64,000 bases of DNA from Chloroflexota bacterium (GCA_043804635.1 JAZDIU010000056.1:6376-70375), one strand, 5' to 3'; shown: positions 17,908 to 28,673, numbered from the stretch's first letter. Numbers and translations: made by a program. The notes: generated from the sequence alone by a model not told the origin.

Positions 17908-20118
17908 CTAATTGTTATTATCTTGTATTTGAGCGGCGCTGGGGCTGGATTTAACCGGCGTTCCACCGTCTATGCGTGTAGCATTAATCACTCCTCGCAC
18001 TCCCTCAATCTTGGTTAGAACCCGACTCAGTTGTGCCAGGTTTTTAGTTTCCAGAATGAGAAAAATTGAGGTTGTTTGGTCGTTGTTATTGGTTAAACTT
18101 ATCCCCGCAATATTAATCTTTTCTTCAGCTATCAGAGTTGAAATATCGCTCATTAATCCGACCCGGTCCCAGGCTTGCACCTGAATCTTAACAGGGTAAA
18201 GTAAATCGGCATCTCCCCATTCTACAGAGATTAGTCTTTCCTTTTCATCTTCGTGAATTATATTGTAGCAGTCCTGGCGATGAATAGCTACTCCCCTACT
18301 TCGGGTAACGTATCCGATAATGCTGTCGCCGGGAACGGGATGGCAGCATTGGGCTAGATGTGTAAGTAAGCTACCAACCCCGCGGACTTTAATAGCTGAG
18401 AGCGGTGGCTTAGGTGGCGTAACTTCAACTATCTTGGGTTGCTGCTGCTGAACGGCTAACTTCATAGCGATTTGATGAGCACTGATGCCACCATAGCCGA
18501 TAGCCGCGTAAAAGTCATCGAGGTTGTCGTAATTAAAGGTTTTGGCCACCTTCTCCCTTTCGGTCAGACTCAAACCCAACTGCCTTAATGCTTTTTCTAA
18601 GAGTTCTCGCCCGCGTTCTATATTTTCCGTCTTTTCCAGTTTCTTGAACCACGAGCCTATCTTTTCTCTAGCATGGGAGGTCTTGATATAACCTAGGACA
18701 GGGTTCAGCCAGTCCCGGCTTGGTCCCTTATTTACCTTTGTCGTCATAATTTCAACCAGGTCGCCGTTGCTGAGTTGATAGTTGAGAGGTACCAAGCGTC
18801 CATTAACTTTCGCCCCAATGCAGCGGTGCCCCAGGTCTGTGTGAATACGATAGGCGAAATCGATAGGCGTAGAGCCTTTCGGCATATCCTTTATCTCACC
18901 CTTCGGAGTAAACACAAAAACCTGGTCGTCGAATATATCTGTCTTAACTGTTTCCAGGAATTCTTCGGCCCCGCTTAGCTCCCGGTGCCAATCGATCAAC
19001 TGGCGCAGCCAAGCTAGTCTCTCCTCGAAGCGTAAATCCTTCTTATCGCCTTCTTTGTACCGCCAGTGAGCGGCTATACCAAATTCAGCGACACGGTGCA
19101 TTTCGTAAGTCCGGATTTGAATTTCCAGGGGTGTTGTGCTCTGGCACACTACCGTGGTATGCAGGGATTGATAGCCGTTAGGCTTTGGATTAGCGATAAA
19201 ATCATCAAACTGGTCGGGAAGCGGATGCCACAAGCCATGGATAATGCCTAAAGCGTTATAACAGTCGGACACAGTATTAACCAGGACACGGAGAGCAAGA
19301 AGGTCATATATATCATTGAAATCTTTACCAAGATTAGCGTATTTCTGAATTTTCTGGTTCACGCTATAAATATGTTTCGCCCTGCCAGAAATCTCGGCTT
19401 TTAAGCCGACAGATTCGAACTCCTTATTCAATATTTGAATCGCCTGGTTTATGAAATTTTCCCTCTCAACTCGCCGGCTAGCAATCAACTTAGCGATGTG
19501 GATGTACTTTTTGGGTTCCATGTAAGAGAAGGCTAAATCCTCCAATTGCCACTTTAATTCCCACACCCCGAGGCGATGAGCTAAGGGGGCATATATTTCC
19601 ATAGTCTCACGAGCGATGCTCTGCTGTTTATCCTCAGATAGTGCCTTGAGAGTCTTCATATTGTGGAGTCGGTCAGCCAGCTTGATAAATACAACACGCA
19701 GGTCTTCTGCCATCGCTAAAAGCATTTTCCTGAGATTCTCTGCCTGGATTTCCCGGCGCGCGGCGTCGGCTTTTCCCCTTATTTCCCCGGGGACTCTCTG
19801 TGTAAGCTTGTCTAACTTAGTGGTGCCGTCAACCAGTTTGGCTATCTCGACACCAAACTTGGCTTCAATCTCAGGAAGGGGTATTCCGCAATCTTCAGTA
19901 ACATCGTGCAATAGAGCGGCTACCAGAGAGCCAGCATCGAGCTGGAGTTCAGCTAATGTCAAAGCTACTGCCACTGGGTGCTCCAAAAAGGGTCCGCCAG
20001 ATTTGCGCACTTGACCCTCGTGGGCTTTCATTGCAAAATTGTAAGCACTTTCAATGGCAGGTATCTTCTCTGCTGGAAGATACTGCCGGGCTTTTTCGAT
20101 AAGCTGATTGTAACTCAT
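17908..20118 (-). CDS. rel: bifunctional (p)ppGpp synthetase/hydrolase (RelA/SpoT homologue)
   Basis: 736 aa. HD hydrolase (HDVTEDC), synthetase core, and TGS and ACT C-terminal regions. Confidence 0.95.
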   Translation of the reverse strand: MSYNQLIEKARQYLPAEKIPAIESAYNFAMKAHEGQVRKSGGPFLEHPVAVALTLAELQLDAGSLVAALLHDVTEDCGIPLPEIEAKFGVEIAKLVDGTTKLDKLTQRVPGEIRGKADAARREIQAENLRKMLLAMAEDLRVVFIKLADRLHNMKTLKALSEDKQQSIARETMEIYAPLAHRLGVWELKWQLEDLAFSYMEPKKYIHIAKLIASRRVERENFINQAIQILNKEFESVGLKAEISGRAKHIYSVNQKIQKYANLGKDFNDIYDLLALRVLVNTVSDCYNALGIIHGLWHPLPDQFDDFIANPKPNGYQSLHTTVVCQSTTPLEIQIRTYEMHRVAEFGIAAHWRYKEGDKKDLRFEERLAWLRQLIDWHRELSGAEEFLETVKTDIFDDQVFVFTPKGEIKDMPKGSTPIDFAYRIHTDLGHRCIGAKVNGRLVPLNYQLSNGDLVEIMTTKVNKGPSRDWLNPVLGYIKTSHAREKIGSWFKKLEKTENIERGRELLEKALRQLGLSLTEREKVAKTFNYDNLDDFYAAIGYGGISAHQIAMKLAVQQQQPKIVEVTPPKPPLSAIKVRGVGSLLTHLAQCCHPVPGDSIIGYVTRSRGVAIHRQDCYNIIHEDEKERLISVEWGDADLLYPVKIQVQAWDRVGLMSDISTLIAEEKINIAGISLTNNNDQTTSIFLILETKNLAQLSRVLTKIEGVRGVINATRIDGGTPVKSSPSAAQIQDNNN

Positions 20119-20340
20119 AACGGACCCAAATATAGTTGTTCTAAATCAAAGTATAGCGCCAGTTGATTTAGGTGTAAAATGAGTCTGAGAAGGGTGCAGA
20201 ATATTTTTTTCAGAAATAACTAGAGGCTACTAAAAATGTATTAGCTTGATGTTGTTTTGTATATTATGTAAAGTTAATCTATTGTCCACGTCCGTTGAGG
20301 TTCTAGCTGAATCCGTGATACTATTGGAGAGACTTAAGGT

Positions 20341-20805
20341 ATGGAAATCAACGTTTTGATTGAGGGTTTGAAGGGAAAGCTCACTAAGCGCTGGTTGAAA
20401 AGCTTAGCGGAAAGTGTGCTTGTTGCTCAAGGCGTTAGCCCGGATACCGAACTTAGCCTCGTGATAGTTAATCAGGAAAAAATACAAGAACTTAATCGGG
20501 CTTACCTGGGAAGAAACCGGCCCACCGACGTACTAGCGTTCTCTATGCTTCCCAGAGAAGACCGGATTCATTTATTCCCGTCTCCAGATGGTATACTGCA
20601 TTTGGGTGAGATTATAATCTCATATCCTCAGGCAGTAATTCAGGCTAAAGAGCATCATCATTCTGTTAAAAAAGAGATAGCTATTCTGACTATTCACGGA
20701 CTGCTTCATCTTCTTGGGTACGACCATGATAAGCCGGAATTGGACAAACAGATGAAAGCTAAAGAAAAGGAAACTCTTGGTTACATTAAAGGAGAAATAG
20801 CATAA
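20341..20805 (+). CDS. ybeY: rRNA maturation endoribonuclease YbeY
   Basis: 154 aa with the HGLLHLLGYDH zinc motif. Confidence 0.9.
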   Translation: MEINVLIEGLKGKLTKRWLKSLAESVLVAQGVSPDTELSLVIVNQEKIQELNRAYLGRNRPTDVLAFSMLPREDRIHLFPSPDGILHLGEIIISYPQAVIQAKEHHHSVKKEIAILTIHGLLHLLGYDHDKPELDKQMKAKEKETLGYIKGEIA

Positions 20806-20807
20806 CC

Positions 20808-21524
20808 GTGCCCGACCTTACTGGTCTGCAAAGAAAATTAGAAATCACCTTCGCTAACCAGATGCTCTTGGAGCAAGCTTTAACTCATAGTTCCTATCTT
20901 AATGAGAATACAGACCTTGCGCTGGTTTCAAACGAAAGGCTGGAATTTCTGGGCGATGCCGTTCTTGGCCTAGTTGTGGCTGAAAAGCTGCTTCAGGAAT
21001 TTCCACAATTTACCGAGGGGCAAATGACCAAGCTACGAGCTGCTGTAGTAAGGCGTGATACTTTGGTCAGTATGGCAAAGACTATCGAACTCGGTAATTA
21101 TCTTATTCTGGGAAAAGGTGAAGAAGCCAGCGGCGGTCGGCATAAACCACTTAATCTGGCTGGTGCTATGGAAGCGGTGATTGCCGCTATTTTCCTCGAC
21201 CAAGGATTAGCTAGTGCCAGGGACTTTATTATGAAGTTCCTCGATTCTGAACTAAAAATAGTTATTTCTAAAGGCACAACCATTGACTACAAATCGGAAC
21301 TGCAGGAACTTATCCAAGCCAGAGAACATAAGTCGCCTACTTATCATTTAATTGAGGCTATGGGACCGGACCATAACCGTAGTTTCATTGTAGAAGTAAG
21401 GTTAACCGGAAATGTCCTAGGCAAGGGCACTGGCAGAAGCAAGAAAGAAGCTGAGTCCGAAGCAGCCCGGTCGGCGTTAGAAAAACTTAGAGCTAACAGA
21501 GCAAGCAGAATAAAGTCGACCTAA
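20808..21524 (+). CDS. rnc: ribonuclease III
   Basis: 238 aa. RNase III signature ERLEFLGDAVL plus a C-terminal dsRBD (GKGTGRSKKEAESEAA). GTG start. Confidence 0.95.
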   Translation: MPDLTGLQRKLEITFANQMLLEQALTHSSYLNENTDLALVSNERLEFLGDAVLGLVVAEKLLQEFPQFTEGQMTKLRAAVVRRDTLVSMAKTIELGNYLILGKGEEASGGRHKPLNLAGAMEAVIAAIFLDQGLASARDFIMKFLDSELKIVISKGTTIDYKSELQELIQAREHKSPTYHLIEAMGPDHNRSFIVEVRLTGNVLGKGTGRSKKEAESEAARSALEKLRANRASRIKST

Positions 21525-21592
21525 AGCTGAAAGTACATATGGTACTTGGATAGTGAGGCTTTTTACAGGTAAATGGTCGGATAAGCCAAGAT

Positions 21593-21621
21593 TTGACACC
21601 CAAACGCAGTTAGTTTATACT
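21593..21621 (+). promoter_or_regulatory. candidate sigma-70 promoter for the fdn operon
   Basis: TTGACA (21593-21598), a 17-nt spacer, then TATACT (21616-21621), about 100 nt upstream of the fdnG ATG. Confidence 0.45.
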
Positions 21622-21723
21622 TTCTAGCTTAGTATATTTTCGGAGCTAAAAACAGTATTATTTGCGGAGTTAATTCAGGACAATTTATAATTAATAAATA
21701 GAAACCAATTAAATAGGAGGTTT

Positions 21724-24700
21724 ATGGAGCTAAGCCGAAGAGATTTCCTCAAGTTAGGCGGGGCAGGAACCACCGCCCTCGTTGTATTCAAGGGGCTTGA
21801 CTCAGTAAGTAAGGAGAACCCATCTCCTAAAGTCATTCCTCTAAAAAAGAAAATAGGTGAGAAACCTACTATCTGTCCATTCGATGGTTCCGGCTGCGGT
21901 TTCCTCGTAACTGCAGAGAATGGTAAGGTAGTAAATATCGAGGGCGATCCCGATCATCCCATCAACCGTGGTGCTGGTTGCAGCAAAGGAGCAACGCTGC
22001 GGCAGCTTTCTGCCGACAATCCCTGGAGATTAAGCAAAGTCCTGTATCGCGCGCCCGGCGGCTCTCAATTCGAGGAGAAGTCCTGGGACTGGGCAATCAC
22101 TGAGATTGCTAACCGTATCAAGAAGACCAGGGATGCTGATTTCATTGCGAAAGACGGCAAAGGCAATACGGTAAACCGCTGTGAATCTATTGCTAACATC
22201 GGTGGTGCCGCACTTGACAACGAAGAGTGCTATCTTCTGAGCAAGTTAGCGAGGTCGTTGGGAATAGTCTATCTCGAACACCAGGCCCGTCTCTGACATT
22301 CACCCACTGTCCTAGGTCTAGGACAGAGCTTCGGCCGTGGTGCTATGACTAATCACTGGGGTGACATCGGTAATGCCGATGTTGTTATGGCACTTGGCGG
22401 CAACCCTGCTGAGAACCATCCCGCCGCTTTTCACTGGATTACCGTAGCTAAAGAACGAGGAGCCAAACTCATCAGTGTTGACCCCCGATTCACCAGAACC
22501 TCGTCCAAAGCTGATATCTATGCTCCCATCAGGTCCGGCACGGACGTCGCTTTTGTCGGTGGTATGATTAAGTACGTGCTGGATGATATAGAGGCTAATC
22601 CTACCAACTACAACATGGTTTATATTACCGAATACACTAACGCCTCTTTCCTAATTAATTCCGGATTTAAAGGACCGGCTGAACTAGAAGGGGTTTTCTC
22701 AGGTTATGCTGGCGCTTTAAATGAAACAGACCAAACAAAGAGAACATACAACAAAGCCACTTGGGCATATCAGGTCGACGATAAAAAAGTACCTCTGAAA
22801 GATAAGACTCTCAAAGACCCGAATTGTGTTTTCCAGCTTTTGAAAAAGCAGTATGTCCGTTATACACCGGAGAAGGTAAACGCTATCTGCGGCACACCGA
22901 AGGAAGCCTTCCTAGAAGTGTGCCGAACTTTCGCCTCCACAGGAAAAACCGGTAAAGCCGGGACCATACTTTATGCGATGGGTACTACTCAACATACGAA
23001 CGGTGCCCAGAATATTCGCTCCTATTCTATACTCCAGCTTCTTCTGGCTAATATGGGCGTTGCCGGAGGTGGTATCAATGCCATGAGGGGCGAATCAAAT
23101 GTCCAGGGTTCTACCGATTATGCCCTCCTCTTTGATACTATCCCCGGTTACCTCGGAATGTTTAACGATGCCGATACAGACTTGCAGAAATACCTTGACA
23201 GGATAACGCCGAAAAATACCGACCCGACCAGTCTGAATTGGCCCCAAAATTTCCCGAAGTACGTTGTCAGCTTGCTCAAAGCCTGGTATGGTGATGCCGC
23301 TACCAAAGATAATGATTTTGGGTTCAATAATCTGCCCAAAATGGAGAGCGGTAAGAACTACTCCTGGATTTCGATGTTTGAAGCTATGGCAGCAGGTAAA
23401 ATCAAAGGGTTAATGGCATGGGGACAAAACCCGGCAGTTGGTGGACCCAATTCCAATATGGAGCGGCAGGCTTTAGCTAAACTAGAATGGTTGGTTGCCA
23501 GCGACCTTTGGATGACCGAGACGATGGAGTTCTGGAAACGTCCCGGAGTTAATCCTGCCGATATCAAGACCGAGGTTTTTGTCCTCCCGGCACGAGCCTC
23601 TTTTGAGAAGGAAGGCAGCGTATCAAATAGTAGTCGCTGGATGCAGTGGCGCTATAAAGCCGCCGACGGACCCGGCGAGTCTGAGGACGACCTCTGGATG
23701 ATTGACAAAATTATGCTAAAGCTCAAAGAGCTTTATGCCAAAGGCGGAGCCAATGCCGAAGCCATCACGAAGGTGACATGGAACTATGGCAACCCACCCG
23801 ACCCGCACAAAGTAGCAAAAGAAATCAACGGCTATGACCTCGCCACCGGTAAGCTTGTGGCAAGTTTCGCCGCACTCAAAAACGATGGCACCACTACCTG
23901 CGGCAACTGGATTTACTCCGGAAGCTATACCGAGGCTGGAAACATGGCTGCCCGCCGCGACCTTACTCCCGACAAGTTTAATATCGGTCTTTTCCCAAAG
24001 TGGGCCTGGAGCTGGCCAGTGAACCGCCGTATTATCTATAACCGGGCTTCGGTAGACCTTAACGGCGAGCCGTTCGATAAAGAGCACCCGGTTGTCAAGT
24101 GGAATCCAGCTCTGGCAGATGGCGCCGGAGGCTGGGATGGTGATGTGCCGGATGGGGGTATGAAACCGGTAGCTCAGGGCGGTCAGAACCCCTTCATCAT
24201 GACTAACGAGGGTGTAGCCCGAATCTTTGCTGCTGGACCGGCGGATGGTCCGATGGCAGAGTTCTATGAGCCGTGGGAAAGTCCCGTCAATAATCAGATG
24301 TCAAAACAGCAGAGTAACCCGGTGTTCAAGGTCTTTCGACCGGCGGAACAGGGTAAGGTCGACAAATTCCCGATTGTGGCAACTACTTATAGAGTCTGCG
24401 AACACTGGCAGGCAGGACAGATGACGCGAAACCTGCCCTGGCTGGTTGAGATGATGCCTGAGCCGTTCGTAGAGATAAGCGAAGAACTGGCTTCAGAAAA
24501 GGGTATAGCCGGCGGCGACAGAGTTATCGTAGAATCCGCGCGGGGACAGGTTACTATGAAAGCCGTGGTGACGAAACGCTTCAAGCCATTACAAATGAAT
24601 GGGCGTCAGGTGCATGAAGTGGGTTTGCTATGGCACTGGGGTTACAGCGGGCTTTCTAAAGGCGATAGTGCCAACTTGCTCACACCTCACGTTGGTGATG

Positions 24701-24756
24701 CCAATACCATGATTCCCGAGTATAAAGCTTTCCTAGTAAATGTTCGTAAGGCTTAG
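21724..24756 (+). CDS. fdnG: formate dehydrogenase-N-type molybdopterin catalytic subunit; Tat-exported selenoprotein (UGA at 22294-22296 read as Sec)
   Basis: Track ORFs 21724..22296 and 22345..24756 are in the same frame and are separated only by one TGA. The context EHQARL-U-HSPTVLGLGQSFGRGAMTNHW matches the FdnG/FdhF Sec active-site region. Twin-arginine signal SRRDFLKLGG. A SECIS-like hairpin lies 11 nt downstream of the UGA. Confidence 0.9.
22307..22326 (+). promoter_or_regulatory. bacterial SECIS hairpin for the fdnG UGA
   Basis: CTGTCCTAG-GT-CTAGGACAG is a perfect 9-bp inverted repeat. Its apex reads AGGUCU and contains GGUC, as in the E. coli fdhF SECIS loop. It starts 11 nt after the UGA. 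Confidence 0.7.
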
Positions 24757-24764
24757 TGGAGGAA

Positions 24765-25607
24765 ATGATGGCAGAAAAAGCTATTTTATATGATGCAACA
24801 AGATGTACCGCTTGCCGTGGTTGCCAGGCCGCCTGCAAGCAGTGGAATGAATACGATGAAAAAATACCGACCGATGGATGGACAAGGACGAAGGTTACTG
24901 GTAGCTATGAAAACCCGCCCGACCTAGCGCCAACGACCTGGCTCAAGATGCAATTTAAAGAGGTCGACCTAGCAGGTAAGCTTGGCTGGTTCTTTACCCG
25001 GCGTTCCTGTATGCACTGCACCGATGCCGGTTGTGTCCGGGTTTGCCCTAACGGAACGCTATACCATAACGAGTTCGGGACGGTTTCCTATAATAAGGAT
25101 ACCTGCACCGGCTGCGGTTATTGTATCGACGGCTGTCCGTTCAATGTACCACGCTTAAGCGGTAACCGCGGTATCAGTTTTTCCAAAATGGATAAATGCT
25201 CCTTCTGCACTACGCCGGGACTGAACCGGATTGTGGAAGGTTGGGAACCGGCATGTGTTAAGACTTGCCCGCCCGAGGCGTTGCAATATGGCGACAGAGA
25301 TTTTCTTGTTACCGAAGCTAAAAAACGTGTAGAAAATCTTAAGGCAAAAGGGCATCCTAAAGCTTACCTTTACGGCGAGAAGGAGCTTAACGGCCTACAC
25401 GTTTTATATGTACTTCAAGATAGCCCGGCATTATATGGGTTACCGGTAAGCCCTGAAATTCCACCGGCGACTATTGCCTGGCAGAATATAATACAGCCAC
25501 TGGGGTGGGTAGTTGGAGGAGTGGTCTTAGTAGGGTTGGGTTTAAACTACCTTGTAGCCCGACAAACCAAGCTGGCAAAAGAACTACCGAGCGGAAAGGA
25601 GAAATAA
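24765..25607 (+). CDS. fdnH: formate dehydrogenase iron-sulfur subunit (4x [4Fe-4S], C-terminal TM anchor)
   Basis: Ferredoxin-type Cys clusters (CTACRGCQAAC, CMHCTDAGCVRVCP, CTGCGYCIDGCP, CSFC). C-terminal helix WVVGGVVLVGLGLNYLV. The track start is GTG 24756, but the ATGs at 24765/24768 follow the SD GGAGG (24758-24762). Confidence 0.9.
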   Translation: MMAEKAILYDATRCTACRGCQAACKQWNEYDEKIPTDGWTRTKVTGSYENPPDLAPTTWLKMQFKEVDLAGKLGWFFTRRSCMHCTDAGCVRVCPNGTLYHNEFGTVSYNKDTCTGCGYCIDGCPFNVPRLSGNRGISFSKMDKCSFCTTPGLNRIVEGWEPACVKTCPPEALQYGDRDFLVTEAKKRVENLKAKGHPKAYLYGEKELNGLHVLYVLQDSPALYGLPVSPEIPPATIAWQNIIQPLGWVVGGVVLVGLGLNYLVARQTKLAKELPSGKEK

Positions 25608-25608
25608 A

Positions 25609-26253
25609 GTGGGAGAAGTTCAGCGATATAGAACACCGACTAGAGTTTTACACTGGGTTCACACCGTTGCTTTTTGCATTCTTTTCTTAACGGGTTTAGT
25701 CCTTTTTGTTCCGCCGATTGCATTTCTGGCACAGGATAGCTGGACCCGTATAATCCACCGCATTGCCGCTCTCGTTTTTATTGTGGCGCCCCTTATCTAT
25801 ATCCCGATGAACTGGAAATCAGCTGTCCATGGTATAAAAGAGGCTTTTATGTGGGGAGCTGCTGACATCGGCTGGCTGAAAGCCGCCCCTCGCTATTACT
25901 TCTTATCCGACGAAGAAGCAATGCCGCCTCAACCGCATATGAATACCGGCCAGAAACTATGGTGGTTTATGGTGATTGTTTTTGGAGTGGTCTTCCTTAT
26001 CACCGGATTTATGATGTGGGCGCTTAAACCGATGCTGCCGCCAGCGGCTTTCTTATGGGCTGTTTTCATCCATGATGTTGCTTTCATCACAACCGGCTCA
26101 ATGTTGTTCGTTCATATCTATCTATCTGTATTCCACCCGCTTATGGGTCCTCGCAGCGAGGGCGCATGGAGCTCGATGGCACGGGGTAAAGTTTCGGTTG
26201 AGTATGCGAAAGCCCATCACGCCAAGTGGTATGAAGAGATTTCCAAAAAGTAG
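25609..26253 (+). CDS. fdnI: formate dehydrogenase cytochrome b (gamma) subunit
   Basis: 214 aa with 4 TM helices and conserved His residues (RVLHWVH ..., IHRIAA, FIHD, HIYLSVFHP). It sits directly after fdnH. Confidence 0.8.
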   Translation: MGEVQRYRTPTRVLHWVHTVAFCILFLTGLVLFVPPIAFLAQDSWTRIIHRIAALVFIVAPLIYIPMNWKSAVHGIKEAFMWGAADIGWLKAAPRYYFLSDEEAMPPQPHMNTGQKLWWFMVIVFGVVFLITGFMMWALKPMLPPAAFLWAVFIHDVAFITTGSMLFVHIYLSVFHPLMGPRSEGAWSSMARGKVSVEYAKAHHAKWYEEISKK

Positions 26254-26264
26254 GAAGCAGTTAA

Positions 26265-27110
26265 GTGACACAAGATTCGGATAACATATTAATCGGAAGG
26301 CTAAATGAGGAAGGAAGACGGAGGGGTCTTCCTTCCCGTTTTTTGGAATTTTATTCCAGACTGCTTCGTATCCAATTAAGGACCGAACAGAGTATCAAAC
26401 TGCCCAAGTCAGAATTAGGTAAAGAAGAGGCAAAAGAGAGAAATGAAGGCGGGCTGCCTTTATTGAAATTCGACGAGCTGGCTCTTGATAAGGACTTGTT
26501 GCAGAGTACTTTTGCCGAGGTTACTGCCCTCTTTGCCGATTTTCCCGACCTTTTTGGTAAGATTCCTGGAGACATAGGGGAGATTCCAATTGAAGCAATT
26601 AGAGACTGGTTTGAAGGAGCCAAGCTGCCAGCGACACAAACGACCGGCAAAGTTGACGAAGAAATTCTGGAAACTATCATTCATGCTGCTTTAAAGCCAT
26701 TTCTGGTCAGTTACGCCCGGGTTCTGATTAAGCTGGTAAATCAGGAAAGCTGGAGGCGGCAGTACTGCCCGATATGCGGCGGCAAACCCGATTTCTCATT
26801 CCTTGATAAGGAGCGAGGCTCGCGCTGGCTGATCTGTTCACGGTGTGATAGCGAATGGCTATTCCAGCGTCTGCAATGTCCTTATTGCGGTACTCAAGAC
26901 CAGAATGTTCTGTCATTCTTTCCGGATGCGGAAGGACTTTATCGACTCTACGTATGCGATAAATGCCACACTTATATTAAAACTATAGATTCAAGGAAGA
27001 CTGAGTCGACGTTGACGCCTTCGCTGGAACGAGTGCTCACTCTCGATTTGGACAGGCAAGGCCGGGAAAAAGGCTATAAACCCGGTTACTCTGAGAACGT
27101 TGAGTCGTAG
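26265..27110 (+). CDS. fdhE: formate dehydrogenase accessory protein FdhE
   Basis: 281 aa with four CxxC pairs in FdhE spacing (CPICGG, CSRCDSEW, CPYCG, CDKCHTYIK). Confidence 0.85.
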   Translation: MTQDSDNILIGRLNEEGRRRGLPSRFLEFYSRLLRIQLRTEQSIKLPKSELGKEEAKERNEGGLPLLKFDELALDKDLLQSTFAEVTALFADFPDLFGKIPGDIGEIPIEAIRDWFEGAKLPATQTTGKVDEEILETIIHAALKPFLVSYARVLIKLVNQESWRRQYCPICGGKPDFSFLDKERGSRWLICSRCDSEWLFQRLQCPYCGTQDQNVLSFFPDAEGLYRLYVCDKCHTYIKTIDSRKTESTLTPSLERVLTLDLDRQGREKGYKPGYSENVES

Positions 27111-27149
27111 TTCCGAGCCAACCTGAATCCTCAGGTTTTCCACTCTGCA

Positions 27150-27178
27150 TTGAACATTCAGGCTTAAGTTCCTATAAT
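27150..27178 (+). promoter_or_regulatory. candidate sigma-70 promoter for tatA-tatC
   Basis: TTGAAC (27150-27155), a 17-nt spacer, then TATAAT (27173-27178), 22 nt before the tatA ATG. It is preceded by a weak hairpin, AACCTGA-ATCC-TCAGGTT, at 27120-27137. Confidence 0.5.
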
Positions 27179-27200
27179 GAAATAGTCAGGTGCAAAAGTA

Positions 27201-27440
27201 ATGGACTTTTTCGGTCTCGGTTTCCAAGAAATATTATTAATCCTGGTTATTATTCTGATAATCTGGGGACCAGCAAAGCTTCCGGAGCTTGCCCGGACTC
27301 TGGGTAAGACAATGCGTACTTTAAGGAAAGCTACCACCGACCTTACTAATGAGGTAACTAAAGAAGTAAACTTAGTGGATAAAACTCCCACTAAAGAAAA
27401 AACCGAAAAAGATAAGGATAAACCGGATGGCTCAGGATGA
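27201..27440 (+). CDS. tatA: twin-arginine translocase subunit TatA/E
   Basis: 79 aa: MDFFGLGFQEILLILVIILIIWGPAKLPELARTLGK. This is the canonical TatA TM plus amphipathic helix. Confidence 0.9.
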   Translation: MDFFGLGFQEILLILVIILIIWGPAKLPELARTLGKTMRTLRKATTDLTNEVTKEVNLVDKTPTKEKTEKDKDKPDGSG

Positions 27441-28158
27441 CAAGAGGCTAACTCTGCTCGGGCATCTGGTTGAACTCCGCACACGTCTGACCAGAAGTGT
27501 CATTGCTATCGCTATAACCACCGCTATTTCATTTGTATTTTACCAGCGGATTTTCGATATTCTTCTCCAGCCAGCGCAGGGGTTCAATTTTATCTTCGTC
27601 GAGATGACAGAGATGATTGGGACGATTATGAGGGTATGTCTTGCCAGCGGTATCGTCCTTGCTGTTCCCTGGTGGACCTATGAGCTGATAATGTTTGTCT
27701 CACCGGCACTGACCAGACGGGAAAAAAAGTATGTTTTTATAATACTTCCCTGGATAGCACTTATGTTTGCCGGCGGAGTAGTTTTTGCCTATTTTGTTCT
27801 CATACCTCCGGCTCTCAAATTCCTGTTTTCGTTTGGCACTGAGATTGCGACGCCGCAGATTAAAATCGGGAATTATATTTCTTTAATTACCAGACTGCTG
27901 CTGGCGGTGGGGCTGGTTTTTGAACTACCGGTAATAACTACTTTCCTGGCGAGGCTGGGGGTTGTTTCACCTAAGTGGCTTGCCAGTAAGCGAAAGGTAG
28001 CGTTTATTTTGGCTTTTGTTTTGGCGGCTATAATTACGCCAACATTCGACCCGATAAACCAGAGCCTCGTTGCTCTTCCTTTGGTTGTTCTTTACGAACT
28101 GAGTATCTGGCTGGCTAGACTCGTTTACCGAAAAAGGTCTGAACCGGCCTTGTCTTAA
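27427..28158 (+). CDS. tatC: twin-arginine translocase subunit TatC
   Basis: 243 aa with 6 TM helices. N-terminus LLGHLVELRTRL is typical of TatC. It overlaps tatA by 14 nt. Confidence 0.9.
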   Translation: MAQDDKRLTLLGHLVELRTRLTRSVIAIAITTAISFVFYQRIFDILLQPAQGFNFIFVEMTEMIGTIMRVCLASGIVLAVPWWTYELIMFVSPALTRREKKYVFIILPWIALMFAGGVVFAYFVLIPPALKFLFSFGTEIATPQIKIGNYISLITRLLLAVGLVFELPVITTFLARLGVVSPKWLASKRKVAFILAFVLAAIITPTFDPINQSLVALPLVVLYELSIWLARLVYRKRSEPALS

Positions 28159-28475
28159 CAGATTTCTCTCCTTTCTATTTAAGTATTCATCCAATATTCG
28201 TTTCGTTTTTATGAAAATTTCTTTTTTTCAGGAAACGATTCCAGTGCTAAGAAATTAGAATCAGTCACGGATTCGCTTTTCGAGTTATGTAAACTTGAAA
28301 CATTCCTATAAGCAATTTATGAACCCCCCTGCATTTTTGCACGGTCGGGATAATTATAGAACATAAGTTCTACATTGTCAAGAAAGTTTTGTCGCTCCCG
28401 TGTCGGAGCACGGAATTCACCCTGAACGGTTCACCGTGAACGGGATAGGTTTTTAAAGATAGATGGCAACCTATC

Positions 28476-28554
28476 CTCTTTTTATCCCCTTCCCTTGCTA
28501 AGGGAAGGGGATAAAAAGAGAAAGGAGCTAAGCTCCCCTCTCTTAAACTCTTCC
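28476..28554 (+). repeat. structured intergenic repeat, copy 1 (long hairpin + short hairpin + CCTCTCTTAAACYCTTCC tail)
   Basis: Perfect 21-bp inverted repeat CTCTTTTTATCCCCTTCCCTT-GCT-AAGGGAAGGGGATAAAAAGAG (28476-28520), then GGAGC-TAA-GCTCC, then CCTCTCTTAAACTCTTCC. The same architecture occurs at 38706-38775. Confidence 0.6.
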
Positions 28555-28627
28555 TGATAAGAGGAGGATTAAAGAAAGGAAGGAAGGAAGGTAAACGAAA
28601 ACGTTTTGGGAGTATTCCTATTCTAAG

Positions 28628-28656
28628 TTGTGCTTATTTAGTCACTGATGTATACT
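28628..28656 (+). promoter_or_regulatory. candidate promoter for tRNA-Sec
   Basis: TTGTGC (28628-28633), a 17-nt spacer, then TATACT (28651-28656), about 17 nt before the tRNA 5' end. Confidence 0.4.
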
Positions 28657-28673
28657 TTCATTTTGAAAAGGGA

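Noticed and set aside
21724-24756. fdnG interpreted as two separate genes or as a pseudogene interrupted by a stop codon.
   Set aside because: The two ORFs are in the same frame. The single TGA sits exactly at the conserved Sec/Cys active-site position and is followed by a SECIS-type hairpin. The complete Sec machinery is encoded a few kb away.
28400-28450. Direct repeat TGAACGG-N7-TGAACGG and small hairpins (CCGTG-TCGGAG-CACGG) in the tatC-selC spacer, considered as a regulator binding site.
   Set aside because: They are short and single-occurrence, and I cannot distinguish them from chance or from degenerate repeat debris.
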